64,000 bases of DNA from contig JBIOXB010000014.1 in assembly GCA_044869275.1 (NCBI GenBank), positions 1 to 64,000 on the forward strand, written 5' to 3'. The notes beneath the pieces were generated by a model. The model was not told where the DNA came from. It made no database searches and was given only the letters and a program-made list of their open reading frames with translations. A program made the translations under genes and the position numbers. Positions 48,846 to 58,921 of the stretch are shown here, piece by piece. The stretch comes from a bacterium. Lineage in GTDB: Bacteria; Zhuqueibacterota; Zhuqueibacteria; Zhuqueibacterales; Zhuqueibacteraceae. Positions within the stretch are counted from its first letter, which is position 1; each line of letters opens with the position of its first letter.

Positions 48846-50048
48846 TTAAGACTGAGAAATCTCCGTGCAGGCGCGCAGCAGCCGTCGCGTACCCTCTTGC
48901 AGATTCTCCATGGAAGTTGCATACGACAGGCGCAAATGCTGCGGCGCGCCGAAAGCCTCGCCGCTCACCATGGCCACGCCCACATGCTCGATCAGCATTT
49001 TGCACAAAGTGGAGGGCGTGTCAATATGTTCGCCCTTCCAGGTTTTTCCGAGCAAAGAAGCGACATTAAACAAAACATAAAACGCCCCACCCGGGCGGCG
49101 CACGGTGACACCCGGCATTTCGCTCAGCGCAGCGCAGGTGAAATTTCGCCGCCGCTCGAATTGCTCACGCATTTTCAGCAGCTCGGTTTCATCTCCTAAA
49201 ATGGCCGCGAGCCCGGCCGCTTGTGAAATGGAACATGGATTCGAAGTCGTATGGCTTTGAATTTTGGCTATGGCTTGCGTCAGCGCCAGCGGGGCGGCGA
49301 CGTAGCCCAGCCGCCAGCCGGTCATGGCATAGGCTTTAGAAAAGCCATTCACCAACAACAAGCGATCGTACAATGCAGAAAACGTGGCCATGCTGGTGGT
49401 GGCAAGCCCGCCGTACACCAGCTTCAGATAAATTTCATCTGACAGCAGAAAAGTTTCGTGACGCGCGAGCACGGCAGCAAGGGCTTCCAATTCATTCGTG
49501 GCATATACCGCGCCGGTGGGATTACCGGGATTGTTCAGAATCACGAGCTTGGTGCGTGGCGTGAGCGCCTGCGCCAACTGCTCGGCCGTGATTTTGAAGC
49601 CGTTGCTTTCAGCGCCGGCCACGAACTTCGGGACCGCGGCCGCCATCTTCACCTGCTCGGGATAGCTCACCCAATAAGGCGAGGGAATGAGCACCTCATC
49701 GCCGGGATTGCAGAGCGCGAGAATGGCGTTGTGAATCGCCTGTTTCGCGCCAGTGGACACCACGATTTGCCGGGATTCGTATTGTGCCCCGGTTTCCTGC
49801 CGGATTTTCTGGCAAATCGCCTCGCGCAAAGCGAGGGTGCCGACATTGGGCGTGTATTTCGTTTTGCCTTGCTGAATTGCGGCAATGCCCGCGGCTTTCA
49901 CATGCTCCGGCGTATCAAAATCCGGCTCGCCCACACCCAAATCAATGACGACCTTGCCTTGCTTGCGCATCTCAGCGACGAGCGTGGTCACGGCCAAGGT
50001 CTCGGAGGGCAGTATACGTTTTGCGAACTCGGATTCTTGAAAGTGCAT
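48846..50048 (-). CDS. aspC: Aspartate aminotransferase (class I/II PLP-dependent)
   Basis: GEPDFDTP, GAKQA, PYWVSY, NNPGNPTG, SDEIY, NGFSKAYAMTGWRLGY. Confidence 0.93.
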   Translation of the reverse strand: MHFQESEFAKRILPSETLAVTTLVAEMRKQGKVVIDLGVGEPDFDTPEHVKAAGIAAIQQGKTKYTPNVGTLALREAICQKIRQETGAQYESRQIVVSTGAKQAIHNAILALCNPGDEVLIPSPYWVSYPEQVKMAAAVPKFVAGAESNGFKITAEQLAQALTPRTKLVILNNPGNPTGAVYATNELEALAAVLARHETFLLSDEIYLKLVYGGLATTSMATFSALYDRLLLVNGFSKAYAMTGWRLGYVAAPLALTQAIAKIQSHTTSNPCSISQAAGLAAILGDETELLKMREQFERRRNFTCAALSEMPGVTVRRPGGAFYVLFNVASLLGKTWKGEHIDTPSTLCKMLIEHVGVAMVSGEAFGAPQHLRLSYATSMENLQEGTRRLLRACTEISQS

Positions 50049-50060
50049 GCTGGTCCTTCA

Positions 50061-50187
50061 AATTATCAATTGACAATTCATCGTTGGCAATTGGCAGTTA
50101 ACGATTCGCCACTAACGATTGAAATTCGACGACCAAGAATTGTGAATTGTCAAGGGAGAACGGTCAATTGTCAATTGCTAATTGATA
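50061..50187. repeat. Heptamer-periodic (AATTGNC/CAATTGT) palindromic intergenic element
   Basis: Left arm AATTATC AATTGAC AATTCAT...; right arm GAATTGT GAATTGT ... CAATTGT CAATTGC TAATTGA; TTGACAATTCA pairs with TGAATTGTCAA. Confidence 0.7.
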
Positions 50188-50198
50188 TTATGAATCTC

Positions 50199-51176
50199 TC
50201 ACGACAAAATCGAACAAATACACGCAACATTCACGATATCATCCGCCGAGCAGCCACGCGAGAGATCATTGATCGGCTTGGCGAAGCCCTGCAGAATGGG
50301 CCCAATGGCGTGATAGCCCGCGAGGCGCTGCGTCAGTTTGTAGGCGATGTTGCCCGCGTCCAAATCCGGAAAGACCAGGACATTCGCATTGCCCTGCACG
50401 CGGCTGTCCGGCGCTTTGCGTTTCGCCACCTCCGGAACCAGGGCGCTGTCAATCTGCAATTCACCGTCGATTTGCAGGGCCGGAGCGATGGCGCGCGCCA
50501 GTTCCGTTGCTTCCCGCACTTTGTCCACGCGGGCGTGGCGGGCGCTGCCCTTGGTGGAAAAGGAAAGCATCGCGACCACGGGGATTTCGCCGGTCAGCTG
50601 TTCGTGCCTGCTTGCCGACGCCACGGCGATTTGTGCGAGTTGTTGCGGTGTGGGATCGGGCACGACCGCGCAATCGGCATAGGTCAAAACTTTGCCCGTG
50701 GCCGGAGACACCATCTCAAACGTGCTGGAAGCCAAATCGTTCCCCGGGGCCAGCCCAATCAGCTTCAGCCCGGCACGGAGCACCTCGGCCGTGGAAGACA
50801 CCGCGCCCGCAATCGCACCCTGCGCTTTATCGAATTTGACGTACGCTGCCGCAAAGAACAGCGGCTCGTATAGGATTGATTGCAGCCAGGCGCGCAATTT
50901 CACCGGTTCAGAAGCCGCTCTGCAATAATGCTCGATCCAACCCGCCAATTCGGGCGCGTGTCGCGGATCGACAATTTCCACCTCTTGCGGTGCGTGCGGA
51001 TCTTGCGCCAAGGCCGCCGTTACCTTGTCATATTCGCCCACCAGCACGGGAATGGCGAGGCGCTCGGCCAGGAGCATGTTCACGGCTTGCAGCACGCGCG
51101 GCTCGGTCGCTTCGGGGAACACCAGGCGGCGGGAGCGTGCCTGCGCGCGGCGGCGGAGAGAGGTGATGAAATTCAT
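50199..51176 (-). CDS. pta: Phosphate acetyltransferase (short PTA_PTB form)
   Basis: [63 protein letters not shown]. Confidence 0.93.
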   Translation of the reverse strand: MNFITSLRRRAQARSRRLVFPEATEPRVLQAVNMLLAERLAIPVLVGEYDKVTAALAQDPHAPQEVEIVDPRHAPELAGWIEHYCRAASEPVKLRAWLQSILYEPLFFAAAYVKFDKAQGAIAGAVSSTAEVLRAGLKLIGLAPGNDLASSTFEMVSPATGKVLTYADCAVVPDPTPQQLAQIAVASASRHEQLTGEIPVVAMLSFSTKGSARHARVDKVREATELARAIAPALQIDGELQIDSALVPEVAKRKAPDSRVQGNANVLVFPDLDAGNIAYKLTQRLAGYHAIGPILQGFAKPINDLSRGCSADDIVNVACICSILS

Positions 51177-51661
51177 GACTGCTTCCCGAACTTCTGCCGC
51201 AATCTTTCACGCACGAGCGGCGGCACGAAACTGTCCACTTCGCCGCCGAAACGCGCGACTTCTTTCACGATGGTCGAATTCAAATACGTGTAGCGTTCAT
51301 GCGACATCAAAAAAATCGTGGCGATGCCGTTGGAGAGCTTGCGATTGACCAGCGCCATTTGAAACTCGTACTCAAAATCCGAAATCGCGCGCAAGCCGCG
51401 AATCAACGCTTGTGCGCCGCGCGCGGCGGCATATTCCACCAGTAAGCCGGTGAAGCTGTCCACTTCGACGTTGGCAAACGGCGCGGCGGCCTGCCGGATC
51501 ATCTCGACGCGCTCGGCCGTAGAGAACAGCGCCGTCTTGGCGGAATTCGTGGCCACGGCAACAATAACGCGATCGAAAAGCTGGGCCGCGCGCTCGATAA
51601 TGTCGAGATGGCCGTTGGTGATCGGGTCGAAGGTTCCGGGGTAGATGGCCAGTCGCATCAC
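51173..51661 (-). CDS. coaD: Phosphopantetheine adenylyltransferase
   Basis: [27 protein letters not shown]. Confidence 0.98.
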   Translation of the reverse strand: MMRLAIYPGTFDPITNGHLDIIERAAQLFDRVIVAVATNSAKTALFSTAERVEMIRQAAAPFANVEVDSFTGLLVEYAAARGAQALIRGLRAISDFEYEFQMALVNRKLSNGIATIFLMSHERYTYLNSTIVKEVARFGGEVDSFVPPLVRERLRQKFGKQS

Positions 51662-52203
51662 GTTTTCCTTCGGTAAAATCGCGCCGCAGTTTCGCCGATC
51701 AGGCGTTCCCTGGTTAACTGGAGCTGTTCCACCTGCGGAGCAGGGAGGCGCGCCGAGGTTTCGAGCACGATCAAGCCATCAACGGCCAAAACGGGGTGCG
51801 GCTGCATCAGCGCGAGCAAAGCTTGGTGTTGCGAAAACTCGTAAGGCGGGTCAGCCAAGATTAAAGCATACGGCGCGTGTTTCGGGCGCGCCAAAAAAAG
51901 AAACGCATCTTCGAGTATCACTCGGCCGTGATCCTCAAGATGCGTCCTGCTTAAATTCGTTTGAATCGCGGCGAAGCTCTCCCGGCTTTTGTCCACGAAA
52001 TCAGCCCATTCGGCTCCACGACTGAGCGCTTCGATGCCCAGCGTGCCGGCGCCGGCATAGAGGTCCAGCACGCGCGTGTGGAGGGGAAAATCGCCGAGCA
52101 TGTCGAAGATCACCGTGCGCGCCCGGTCGCTGGTGGGGCGAACCTCGCGGCCCGGCGGCGTGATCAGCGCATGCCCTTTGCGCGCTCCGGCAATGACGCG
52201 CAT
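51658..52203 (-). CDS. rsmD: 16S rRNA m2G966 methyltransferase
   Basis: MRVIAG, RPTSDR, LDLYAGAGTLGIEALSRGA, ADPPY. Confidence 0.96.
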   Translation of the reverse strand: MRVIAGARKGHALITPPGREVRPTSDRARTVIFDMLGDFPLHTRVLDLYAGAGTLGIEALSRGAEWADFVDKSRESFAAIQTNLSRTHLEDHGRVILEDAFLFLARPKHAPYALILADPPYEFSQHQALLALMQPHPVLAVDGLIVLETSARLPAPQVEQLQLTRERLIGETAARFYRRKT

Positions 52204-52208
52204 TTCTT

Positions 52209-53372
52209 TTACATCTCGACGTAGCCGAGATGCATGACCAAATCCAGCACTTCGGAATTCAAACTACGGCGATCCGAAGGGCTGACGATGATCTTTGAAA
52301 CCGCGACGCTGAAATTGCTGCTGCCCAGTGTGTTGAGCAGCGAGAGCACGCTCGCTTTGCTGCCGGTAAATTGAATCTGCATCGGGATGCGGCCCAAATC
52401 GTCGCCGCTCACGCCCTCGCCGATGCTGAAACGCTTCAGCGTCAGGCCGCTATTTTGCCCTTGCTGTTTCACCCATTCGGCAAACTGGTTGGCGCCCATG
52501 CGATTCAGGCTGCCGCGCAGACCCGCCATGCCGGCTTGGGGATCCATCTTGCCCGAAAGCACCGCGGTGCTGCGCATGCCGCTCTCGGTGGCGACATTCG
52601 ATGTCGAAACCGCTTTCAACTGCATGGGCGAAACATTGCGTTGAATCACGGCGCTCAGCTCGCTCGTGGTCGCGTCGGAGGGCGAAAGGAATTCCACCAA
52701 GAAGTTGTTGTTGCCGTAATACGTGATCAGCGTGAACCCGTTGGCGGCGGAAAATGAGTTCGTCAACGCATTCACGGTTTGGGTGCTGAGCCAGGTCGAG
52801 GCAATCAAATCCCTTTCCAACGGCGACAGAGCTGCGGCGCTGGGGGGTGGTGCGGTAGTCGTCACCGAAGGCTGATTCGCCGCCATGCCGGTCGAGGTTG
52901 AAGGCTGGCCGGCAGAGGGTTGCGATTCAGCAGGCGGTGTCGTGAGGGCACCCGGCGCCGTTTCCGTGCCCGCGGGCTGCTCGGAACTTGGTTGGTCCAA
53001 CGGAGATTCTGCCGGTGCCTCAGTCACTTCAGGCTCGATCACGGCCGGCTCTTCCTTTTGCACGATGATGGGCGGCTTTTTCGCCCCACGCGGAATCAGG
53101 AAAAACACCGCGGTGAGTGCGGCGAGAATCAGGCCCAAAACGATAAGATACGCTTTGGTGCGCGAGGAGCTGTCGCCGTATAACTCCGAGGGCTTGCGCG
53201 CGAACTTGGGTGCGGGTGGCTGTTTTTGATAGCTTCTCGCGCCCGTTTCTTTGTATGGGGGAGGATCGTCTTTCAGAATCGGGTCATCGAGGCTCACCGT
53301 TTTGGCGAAGCTGGATTCTCGCTGGCGATCCTCGCTGTTTTCGTCCTCACCCATGAGGTTGATGTCGACCAT
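52209..53372 (-). CDS. Bitopic membrane protein, putative PilN/PilO-like fusion
   Basis: N-terminal MVDINL motif, one TM, Pro/Ser/Thr linker, C-term FTGS...LLNTL..V.VSKIIVS PilO/GspM-like pattern; directly follows pilM; GGAGG RBS. Confidence 0.55.
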   Translation of the reverse strand: MVDINLMGEDENSEDRQRESSFAKTVSLDDPILKDDPPPYKETGARSYQKQPPAPKFARKPSELYGDSSSRTKAYLIVLGLILAALTAVFFLIPRGAKKPPIIVQKEEPAVIEPEVTEAPAESPLDQPSSEQPAGTETAPGALTTPPAESQPSAGQPSTSTGMAANQPSVTTTAPPPSAAALSPLERDLIASTWLSTQTVNALTNSFSAANGFTLITYYGNNNFLVEFLSPSDATTSELSAVIQRNVSPMQLKAVSTSNVATESGMRSTAVLSGKMDPQAGMAGLRGSLNRMGANQFAEWVKQQGQNSGLTLKRFSIGEGVSGDDLGRIPMQIQFTGSKASVLSLLNTLGSSNFSVAVSKIIVSPSDRRSLNSEVLDLVMHLGYVEM

Positions 53373-53402
53373 AACCGGCCTCCACTCGATGATTGTTTTG
53401 TC

Positions 53403-54371
53403 CTAAGAAAAGTTCTTCAGCGCAGCTCCGATGCAGACGGCAAAGCTTTCCGGGTGCGTCTGCGCCAAAGGATCCGCTGCTTGATCTTCCATTTTGAGTT
53501 TGCGAAACGGATTGACGCGCTCAATGCGGATCTTGTGCGTCTCCTGCAAAGCGTGCACGATCTGATCGGAAACGTTGTCGCCGTGCAAGTAGATCGCGTT
53601 CAACTCCTCCACACCTTTGCCAAGTTTTTGATCCAAAATGATGCGGCGCAGCTCCTTGGAAAGCAGCCGCGGTAAAAACATTTCGTCCGCATGCGGCGAA
53701 GCGGCCTGCTCTTCCAGGGGATAATCCACTTCCTGCACGAGCAAGAACGTTTTGTCTTTGACCAGGGCAAATTGCAGATTGTCTTTGCGCAGATCGACCA
53801 GTGCGGTGTAAGCCTCGCGGACGGATTCATAGTTCGATTGCAGGGCGCGATGTGCCGCGAAGACATCGACTTCGATGGCCGAGATGCGCAGATCGGTTTC
53901 GCGAAAGACCTTTTTCAGAAAATTGACGGCGGCACGGCGCACGGCGACGATGATGGCTTCGGCGTATTCCTGGTCGGGCGAGGAGGGTACGTGCTCAAAG
54001 TCGATGATGTATTCGTCGCGAGGATTGATGAAGCACTGTTCAATTTCCCAATGCACGTGATCTTGCAGGCGCTGGCCTTTCAAGCTGCTATCCACCGGCA
54101 CCTTTTTAATCGACACCATGTTGGAGTCGAGGGTAAAAGTCGCCTGTTGTGCCTGAAAGCTCGAAATCTCGTACAAGCGGTTGATATCTTCGGCGAATTT
54201 GTGGGTCAGGGCCTCGTCCTTGAACACGGAGAATTGAAAGGGAATCTTGACCTTGCCTTGCGAGAGTTTGGTGATTTTTGCTTCGCCATTGGCCGGCTGC
54301 AATTCCGTCATACGCAGCGCCGTATCCCGGATGCTTATCCCGATCACTCCCCGGTTTGCGTCATTTGCCAT
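53403..54371 (-). CDS. pilM: PilM-like actin-fold type IV pilus assembly protein
   Basis: IGISI, WEIEQ, YIIDF, IEVDVFA, ALVDL, IYLHG, RVNPF, FAVCIGAALK; canonical nucleotide-binding motifs look degenerate. Confidence 0.75.
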   Translation of the reverse strand: MANDANRGVIGISIRDTALRMTELQPANGEAKITKLSQGKVKIPFQFSVFKDEALTHKFAEDINRLYEISSFQAQQATFTLDSNMVSIKKVPVDSSLKGQRLQDHVHWEIEQCFINPRDEYIIDFEHVPSSPDQEYAEAIIVAVRRAAVNFLKKVFRETDLRISAIEVDVFAAHRALQSNYESVREAYTALVDLRKDNLQFALVKDKTFLLVQEVDYPLEEQAASPHADEMFLPRLLSKELRRIILDQKLGKGVEELNAIYLHGDNVSDQIVHALQETHKIRIERVNPFRKLKMEDQAADPLAQTHPESFAVCIGAALKNFS

Positions 54372-54583
54372 AGCCTGTTTTTTCGATCTAGGTCTTAGAA
54401 AAATGCTCCACGGTCAGGCTTGGCGGCTGGCCAATCCGTCCGTGAGGAGGTCTGCCTTGGTTTTTCTTTCTGCCCTGGGTCTGATCATTTTGCTGTCGCA
54501 GCCCCGTAAAAGTTAATCTATCTGCAAAACCAAGCATTTGCCGAAACTGAGAGACAAATTCTTTGCCACGGTCCTGCCGGGCT

Positions 54584-55015
54584 TCACTGCAACACCACCC
54601 AATCCTTCAAAGCTTCGAGCTTGCGTTTGCCTATACCCTTGACTTTGGCCAGGTCTTCCCAACGCCGGAATTTCCCGTTCTGTTCGCGGTAGGCAACCAG
54701 GCGCTGCGCCATAGCCGCACCGATGCCGGGCAAGGCGATCAACTCCGCGGGTGTGGCGGTGTTGATATTGATCCGTTTGCGCGCTGCTGCTGGTATTGCA
54801 GACGGCGCGGTCAGTCCACGCACTTGCGGGACGGAATCAACTCTAGCCGTATCCGGCTCCAATTGCCGGGAGAAGATTTGAAACTGAGCCGCCAAGGCCG
54901 GAGCCACTGGCGGCGGTGGCTGCTGCCGCCGGTAATACAAAATCACACACCCGGCTCCAAAACTTGCCAGCAGGAACACCATGGCGCGCTGCTGGATCTT
55001 CGTAAAACCCCACAT
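54584..55015 (-). CDS. comEA: ComEA-family helix-hairpin-helix DNA-binding protein
   Basis: N-terminal TM; ININTAT..EL..LPGIG...A...YREQNGKF...DL.KVKGIG. Confidence 0.9.
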   Translation of the reverse strand: MWGFTKIQQRAMVFLLASFGAGCVILYYRRQQPPPPVAPALAAQFQIFSRQLEPDTARVDSVPQVRGLTAPSAIPAAARKRININTATPAELIALPGIGAAMAQRLVAYREQNGKFRRWEDLAKVKGIGKRKLEALKDWVVLQ

Positions 55016-55114
55016 GGCCCCGGCTCCCCAAATTGAACCCGCCGCATCCGTTCAATCCGCTTAATCCGTTTACATTTCTTTCATGAGCTGAATAATCATT
55101 CCTGGCTTTTTCAA

Positions 55115-56245
55115 CTAGTTCTCCCGATTCCGCTTCAGCGTGCCCCTCCAATCCGTGGGCGGACGAATCACCTCGGACTTCGACAATTGTTGGAACAATT
55201 CGCGTTCTTTCAAAGGCAATTTGTGCGGAATCCAAACCGTGATGCGCACCAGTTGATCGCCACGGCCATAGCCGTTCAAGTGCGGAATGCCCTTGCCGCG
55301 CATGCGCAAAATTTTTCCGGATTGCGTGCCGGCCCCGATCTCCAGCACGGCCTGGCCTTCGATGGTCGGCACTTCCACGCGATCACCCGTCACGGCTTGT
55401 ACGATGCTCACCGGCAGATCCAGCAGAATATCATCGCCGTGGCGTTCGAACAACTCGTGCTCTTTTTCATCGATCAGGACGATGACGTCGCCGGGCGGCC
55501 CGCCCTTGGGGCCGGCATGGCCTTCACCGCGCACGGTGAGATAATTGCCGGTGGCCACGCCCGCCGGAATCTCGAGAGTGAGCGTGGTTTCCTCTTCGTG
55601 ACGGCCCTCGCCTTTGCATTCGCGGCAGGGGTCGCGCACGATGCGGCCCTCGCCGTTGCATTGCTGGCAGGCGGTGACATTGATGAATTGCCCGAAGAGC
55701 GAGCGCGAAACCTGCCTTCGCTCTCCGCTGCCGCCGCAGGCCGGACATCTTACGCTTTCACTGCCGGGCTGTGCACCCGAGCCGCCGCAAGAATGGCAGC
55801 GAATCTGATGCTTGATTTTGACTTTCTTGGTGACGCCCGTGGCAATCTCTTCCAGTGACAGCTTCAAGCGGATTTGCAGGTCGCTGCCGCGCAACTGACC
55901 GCCGGCGGTCCGGCCCGAACGGCCCGCGCCGAAGAAATCTGCGAAAATGCCTTCAGACATGAAGGTGCGCAGCGCATCCGCCAAATCAAACTCGAACTCC
56001 TGCGTGGTGCTGTAGCCACCGCGCGCACCCTCGTGGCCGTAGCGATCGTAGCGTGCGCGCTTGTCGGCATCGCGTAGAACTTCATAAGCCTCGGCGGCTT
56101 CCTTGAATTTTTCCTCCGCCGTCTTATCCCCGGGATTGCGATCGGGATGGAACTGCATCGCCAGCTTGCGATATGCTTTCTTGACATCGTCTTCCGACGC
56201 GTTGCGGGCAACTCCCAGAACTTCGTAATAATCACGCTTGGCCAT
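55115..56245 (-). CDS. dnaJ: Molecular chaperone DnaJ
   Basis: [11 protein letters not shown] motif, four CxxCxGxG zinc-finger repeats. Confidence 0.98.
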   Translation of the reverse strand: MAKRDYYEVLGVARNASEDDVKKAYRKLAMQFHPDRNPGDKTAEEKFKEAAEAYEVLRDADKRARYDRYGHEGARGGYSTTQEFEFDLADALRTFMSEGIFADFFGAGRSGRTAGGQLRGSDLQIRLKLSLEEIATGVTKKVKIKHQIRCHSCGGSGAQPGSESVRCPACGGSGERRQVSRSLFGQFINVTACQQCNGEGRIVRDPCRECKGEGRHEEETTLTLEIPAGVATGNYLTVRGEGHAGPKGGPPGDVIVLIDEKEHELFERHGDDILLDLPVSIVQAVTGDRVEVPTIEGQAVLEIGAGTQSGKILRMRGKGIPHLNGYGRGDQLVRITVWIPHKLPLKERELFQQLSKSEVIRPPTDWRGTLKRNREN

Positions 56246-56275
56246 GGCGCCTCATTTCACCGCAGGAACATTCGC

Positions 56276-57127
56276 TCATTTGCTGACAATCACTCTCGCC
56301 GGGCGCAGCACCCGGTCGCGATAGGTGTAACCTCTCGTCTGCTCCTCCAGCACGATGCCGGCCGGTTTGCCTTCCACCGCCATCTCCGTCAAGGCGTCGT
56401 GTAAATTGGGGTCAAACTCCGCGCCCACTGCCTGAATGGGCGCGAGGCCGCGGTCGGCCAGCACTTTGGCGAATTTTTGCTGAATCAACCGCACCCCTTC
56501 CAGCAGCGATTCATGATTTTGCGATTCGGCTTTGGTGTTGAGCGAGCGTTCCAGATCGTCGAGCACGGGCAGAAGCTCTCCCACCAGTTCCGCGAAGGCG
56601 GATTGCACGCGATTGTTGAAATCCCGGTCGATGCGTTTACGATAATTGTCGAATTCCGCGGCCAGGCGCAGATATTTATCCCGCAGCGCTTCGTTGTCGC
56701 TCACGGCCTTCTCGAGATCGGCTTTCATTTTTTTGATCTCGGGGGCCGGCGCTTTGCGCCGCAACTTGTTTTTCAGCTTCTCGGCAACGCTCTCGGAAGC
56801 TCCGGATTCAACGGCCTCCGCCGAGGTTCCTGCACCCTCTTCGTCGTCGGAAACAACCTCCGCCTCACCCAATTCTTCTTGCCAAGCTTCGGCTTCCCCA
56901 CCGCCTGCGCTTTCAGATTCAGCCGCGCCGTTGTCATTTTGACCGGCTTCTAACCCCGTTTCAACGCGTGGCTCGGGCGAAACCAGAGATGGGGTGTCAG
57001 CAATGTCGTCGCCGCCATGGCTCATTTCCGGCCGGGATTCATTTTGCTTTTGTTCCGGGCCAGCCGGCTCGTCCGCCAGCCGTGCCTGTTTTTGCTCAAA
57101 AGAGTTATTTTGAAATTCCGTGGTCAT
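56276..57127 (-). CDS. grpE: Nucleotide exchange factor GrpE with a long acidic N-terminal extension
   Basis: YLRLAAEFDNYRKR, LLPVLDDLER, FDPNLHDA, GY...DRVLRPARV; exact start uncertain. Confidence 0.93.
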   Translation of the reverse strand: MTTEFQNNSFEQKQARLADEPAGPEQKQNESRPEMSHGGDDIADTPSLVSPEPRVETGLEAGQNDNGAAESESAGGGEAEAWQEELGEAEVVSDDEEGAGTSAEAVESGASESVAEKLKNKLRRKAPAPEIKKMKADLEKAVSDNEALRDKYLRLAAEFDNYRKRIDRDFNNRVQSAFAELVGELLPVLDDLERSLNTKAESQNHESLLEGVRLIQQKFAKVLADRGLAPIQAVGAEFDPNLHDALTEMAVEGKPAGIVLEEQTRGYTYRDRVLRPARVIVSK

Positions 57128-57218
57128 TATGATGATCTTTGATTGACTGGTGTTCTTTCTGTGTGATATACTTGTCCTGCTGGAGGTGCTTTCAAATGGA
57201 GCAAGACGAAACTTTAGC

Positions 57219-58283
57219 TCACCCCACCGCCGTGCCGGTGTTTTCATCCAAAACCTGGGTGAGCACTTTCGCCATGAAATCGACCAGTGCCACAACTTTG
57301 GCATAACGCATGCGCGTCGGTCCCAGCACACCGAGCGTGCCGGCCACGCTGCCGACATGATAGGAGGCCGTGATCACGCTGCAATTCTTGATGAGCTCCT
57401 CCCGATTCTCGTCCCCGATGGCGATAGTCAATTCGTTCGCATTCTCTTGCTGGTCGAATAATTGAATGACAATGTTTTTGCTTTCCAGCAAATGCAAAAA
57501 ACTGGAGAGCTTGTCGTAGTCGCTGAATTCCGGTTGGCGCATGAGGTTGTTGGTGCCACCGAAATGCAGGCTGCGCAGCTCGACTTGGTCGATGATGGGC
57601 ACCGCCGCGCGCGCCACCGAACGCACAAAATCCGGGTTCACGCCCTCACCCAGATCGCGAATGCGGCTGTCCAGCGTGTGCTTGATTTCCCTCAAACTCA
57701 GGCCGTGCAAGCGCTCGTTGATGACCCCCGCGGTTTTTTCCAGCACTTCGCGCGATACCTCGGCTTCCATCTTCAACATGATGGTCTGTACCAAACCCGA
57801 TTGAATCGACAGCACCATCAACACTTTCTTTTCCGCGATGGGCACCAGCTCGATTTTTTCAAAGATGCCCTCGAAAAAGCGCGGCGACAGCACCACCCCA
57901 AGCTGCTCGGAAATGCGTGCCAGCGTTTGCGAAGCCGCATCCAAAATCGAGTCCACTTCCTGCGACACGTGCACGAGCTGGCTCAAGACATGGCGCCGCT
58001 CCTGCTCCGACAGCTCCTCGACATTCATGAGAGAATCGACGTACAGGCGATAGCCTTTGTCGGTGGGCACCCGCCCCGAGGAAGTATGAGGATGCGTCAA
58101 CAGTCCCTTCTCTTCCAAATCTCCCATCACGTTGCGGATCGTCGCTGGGCTCAAAGACATGCCAAACTTTTTTGCGGTCAGGCGCGAACCCACTGGCACC
58201 GCATGCCGGATAAAGTCCTCCACCACGGAATTCAGAACCATCCGTTCGCGTTCCGAGAGAAGGTCAGGTGTAGGCATTGTCAT
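57219..58283 (-). CDS. hrcA: Heat-inducible transcription repressor HrcA
   Basis: PVGSR, SPATIRNVMGDLEEKG, PHTSSGRVPTDKGYRLYVD, GVLGPTRMRY. Confidence 0.96.
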   Translation of the reverse strand: MTMPTPDLLSERERMVLNSVVEDFIRHAVPVGSRLTAKKFGMSLSPATIRNVMGDLEEKGLLTHPHTSSGRVPTDKGYRLYVDSLMNVEELSEQERRHVLSQLVHVSQEVDSILDAASQTLARISEQLGVVLSPRFFEGIFEKIELVPIAEKKVLMVLSIQSGLVQTIMLKMEAEVSREVLEKTAGVINERLHGLSLREIKHTLDSRIRDLGEGVNPDFVRSVARAAVPIIDQVELRSLHFGGTNNLMRQPEFSDYDKLSSFLHLLESKNIVIQLFDQQENANELTIAIGDENREELIKNCSVITASYHVGSVAGTLGVLGPTRMRYAKVVALVDFMAKVLTQVLDENTGTAVG

Positions 58284-58337
58284 ATGAAATCAAAGACTTC
58301 TTGTGCAAACTGACAAAACTACATCACAAATCATGCC

Positions 58338-58367
58338 AAGATACTACAATCGCGCCAGTAATGTCAA
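58338..58367 (-). promoter_or_regulatory. Probable sigma70-type promoter for hrcA-grpE-dnaJ
   Basis: Minus strand TTGACA-N18-TATCTT. Confidence 0.45.
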
Positions 58368-58441
58368 GCAAAAATTCCAATGCTCAGCCCACTGATCTTA
58401 CGGAAAAACAGCAATTTTAAAGCGTAACGAGGGACTTCAAG

Positions 58442-58921
58442 TCAGATTTCGTTTTTGTAAGGTCCCCCTGCAGTTTGACTCGAGCTGAGCCAGTTTATGG
58501 GTTCGAATTGTTCACAAATAAACCCTAAAGAATCAGCACTCGTTGCCGTTTCCAGTGAGTGTAAGAGCCGGCGCAAATAGACGCGAAATCTTTCCATTGC
58601 CAAGCCGGCAAAATTAGGCGGGGCCATCTCCAGTTTCGCCAGGGCGTTTTTCAAATGCTTGATGGCGCCATGGCGGATACCGCGCCGCCATTGGTGATGC
58701 GCCGCTGCGGCTTGAATCAGCCCTTGCACAAAGTACCGCCAGGGCTCACGATGGCGCTGCCAGATTTTTTCCCACGCTTCGTGCGACTCCCAAAACTCGC
58801 CGGCATTGAACAAAGCCACGCCCTCGCGCAAATCGGTGAGATCTTCTTCACTCAGCTTCGGCGTGAGCTGCGCGGCGTTTGGGGGCGCCGGGCGCAGGCG
58901 GTACGGGTTCGACGATTTCAC
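58442..58921 (-). CDS. DUF309-family protein
   Basis: GVALFNAGEFWESHEAWEKIW, VQGLIQAAAAHH; start uncertain (GTG 58921 overlaps the upstream ferredoxin). Confidence 0.8.
   Translation of the reverse strand: MKSSNPYRLRPAPPNAAQLTPKLSEEDLTDLREGVALFNAGEFWESHEAWEKIWQRHREPWRYFVQGLIQAAAAHHQWRRGIRHGAIKHLKNALAKLEMAPPNFAGLAMERFRVYLRRLLHSLETATSADSLGFICEQFEPINWLSSSQTAGGPYKNEI

Noticed and set aside
50061..50187. Periodic repeats as a possible CRISPR array
   Set aside because: 7-nt units with no repeat-spacer structure and no cas genes in the window
58533..58564. CIRCE-like TCAGCACTC...GAGTGTAA
   Set aside because: Spacer is 15 nt rather than 9, it lies inside the DUF309 CDS and is about 250 bp from hrcA
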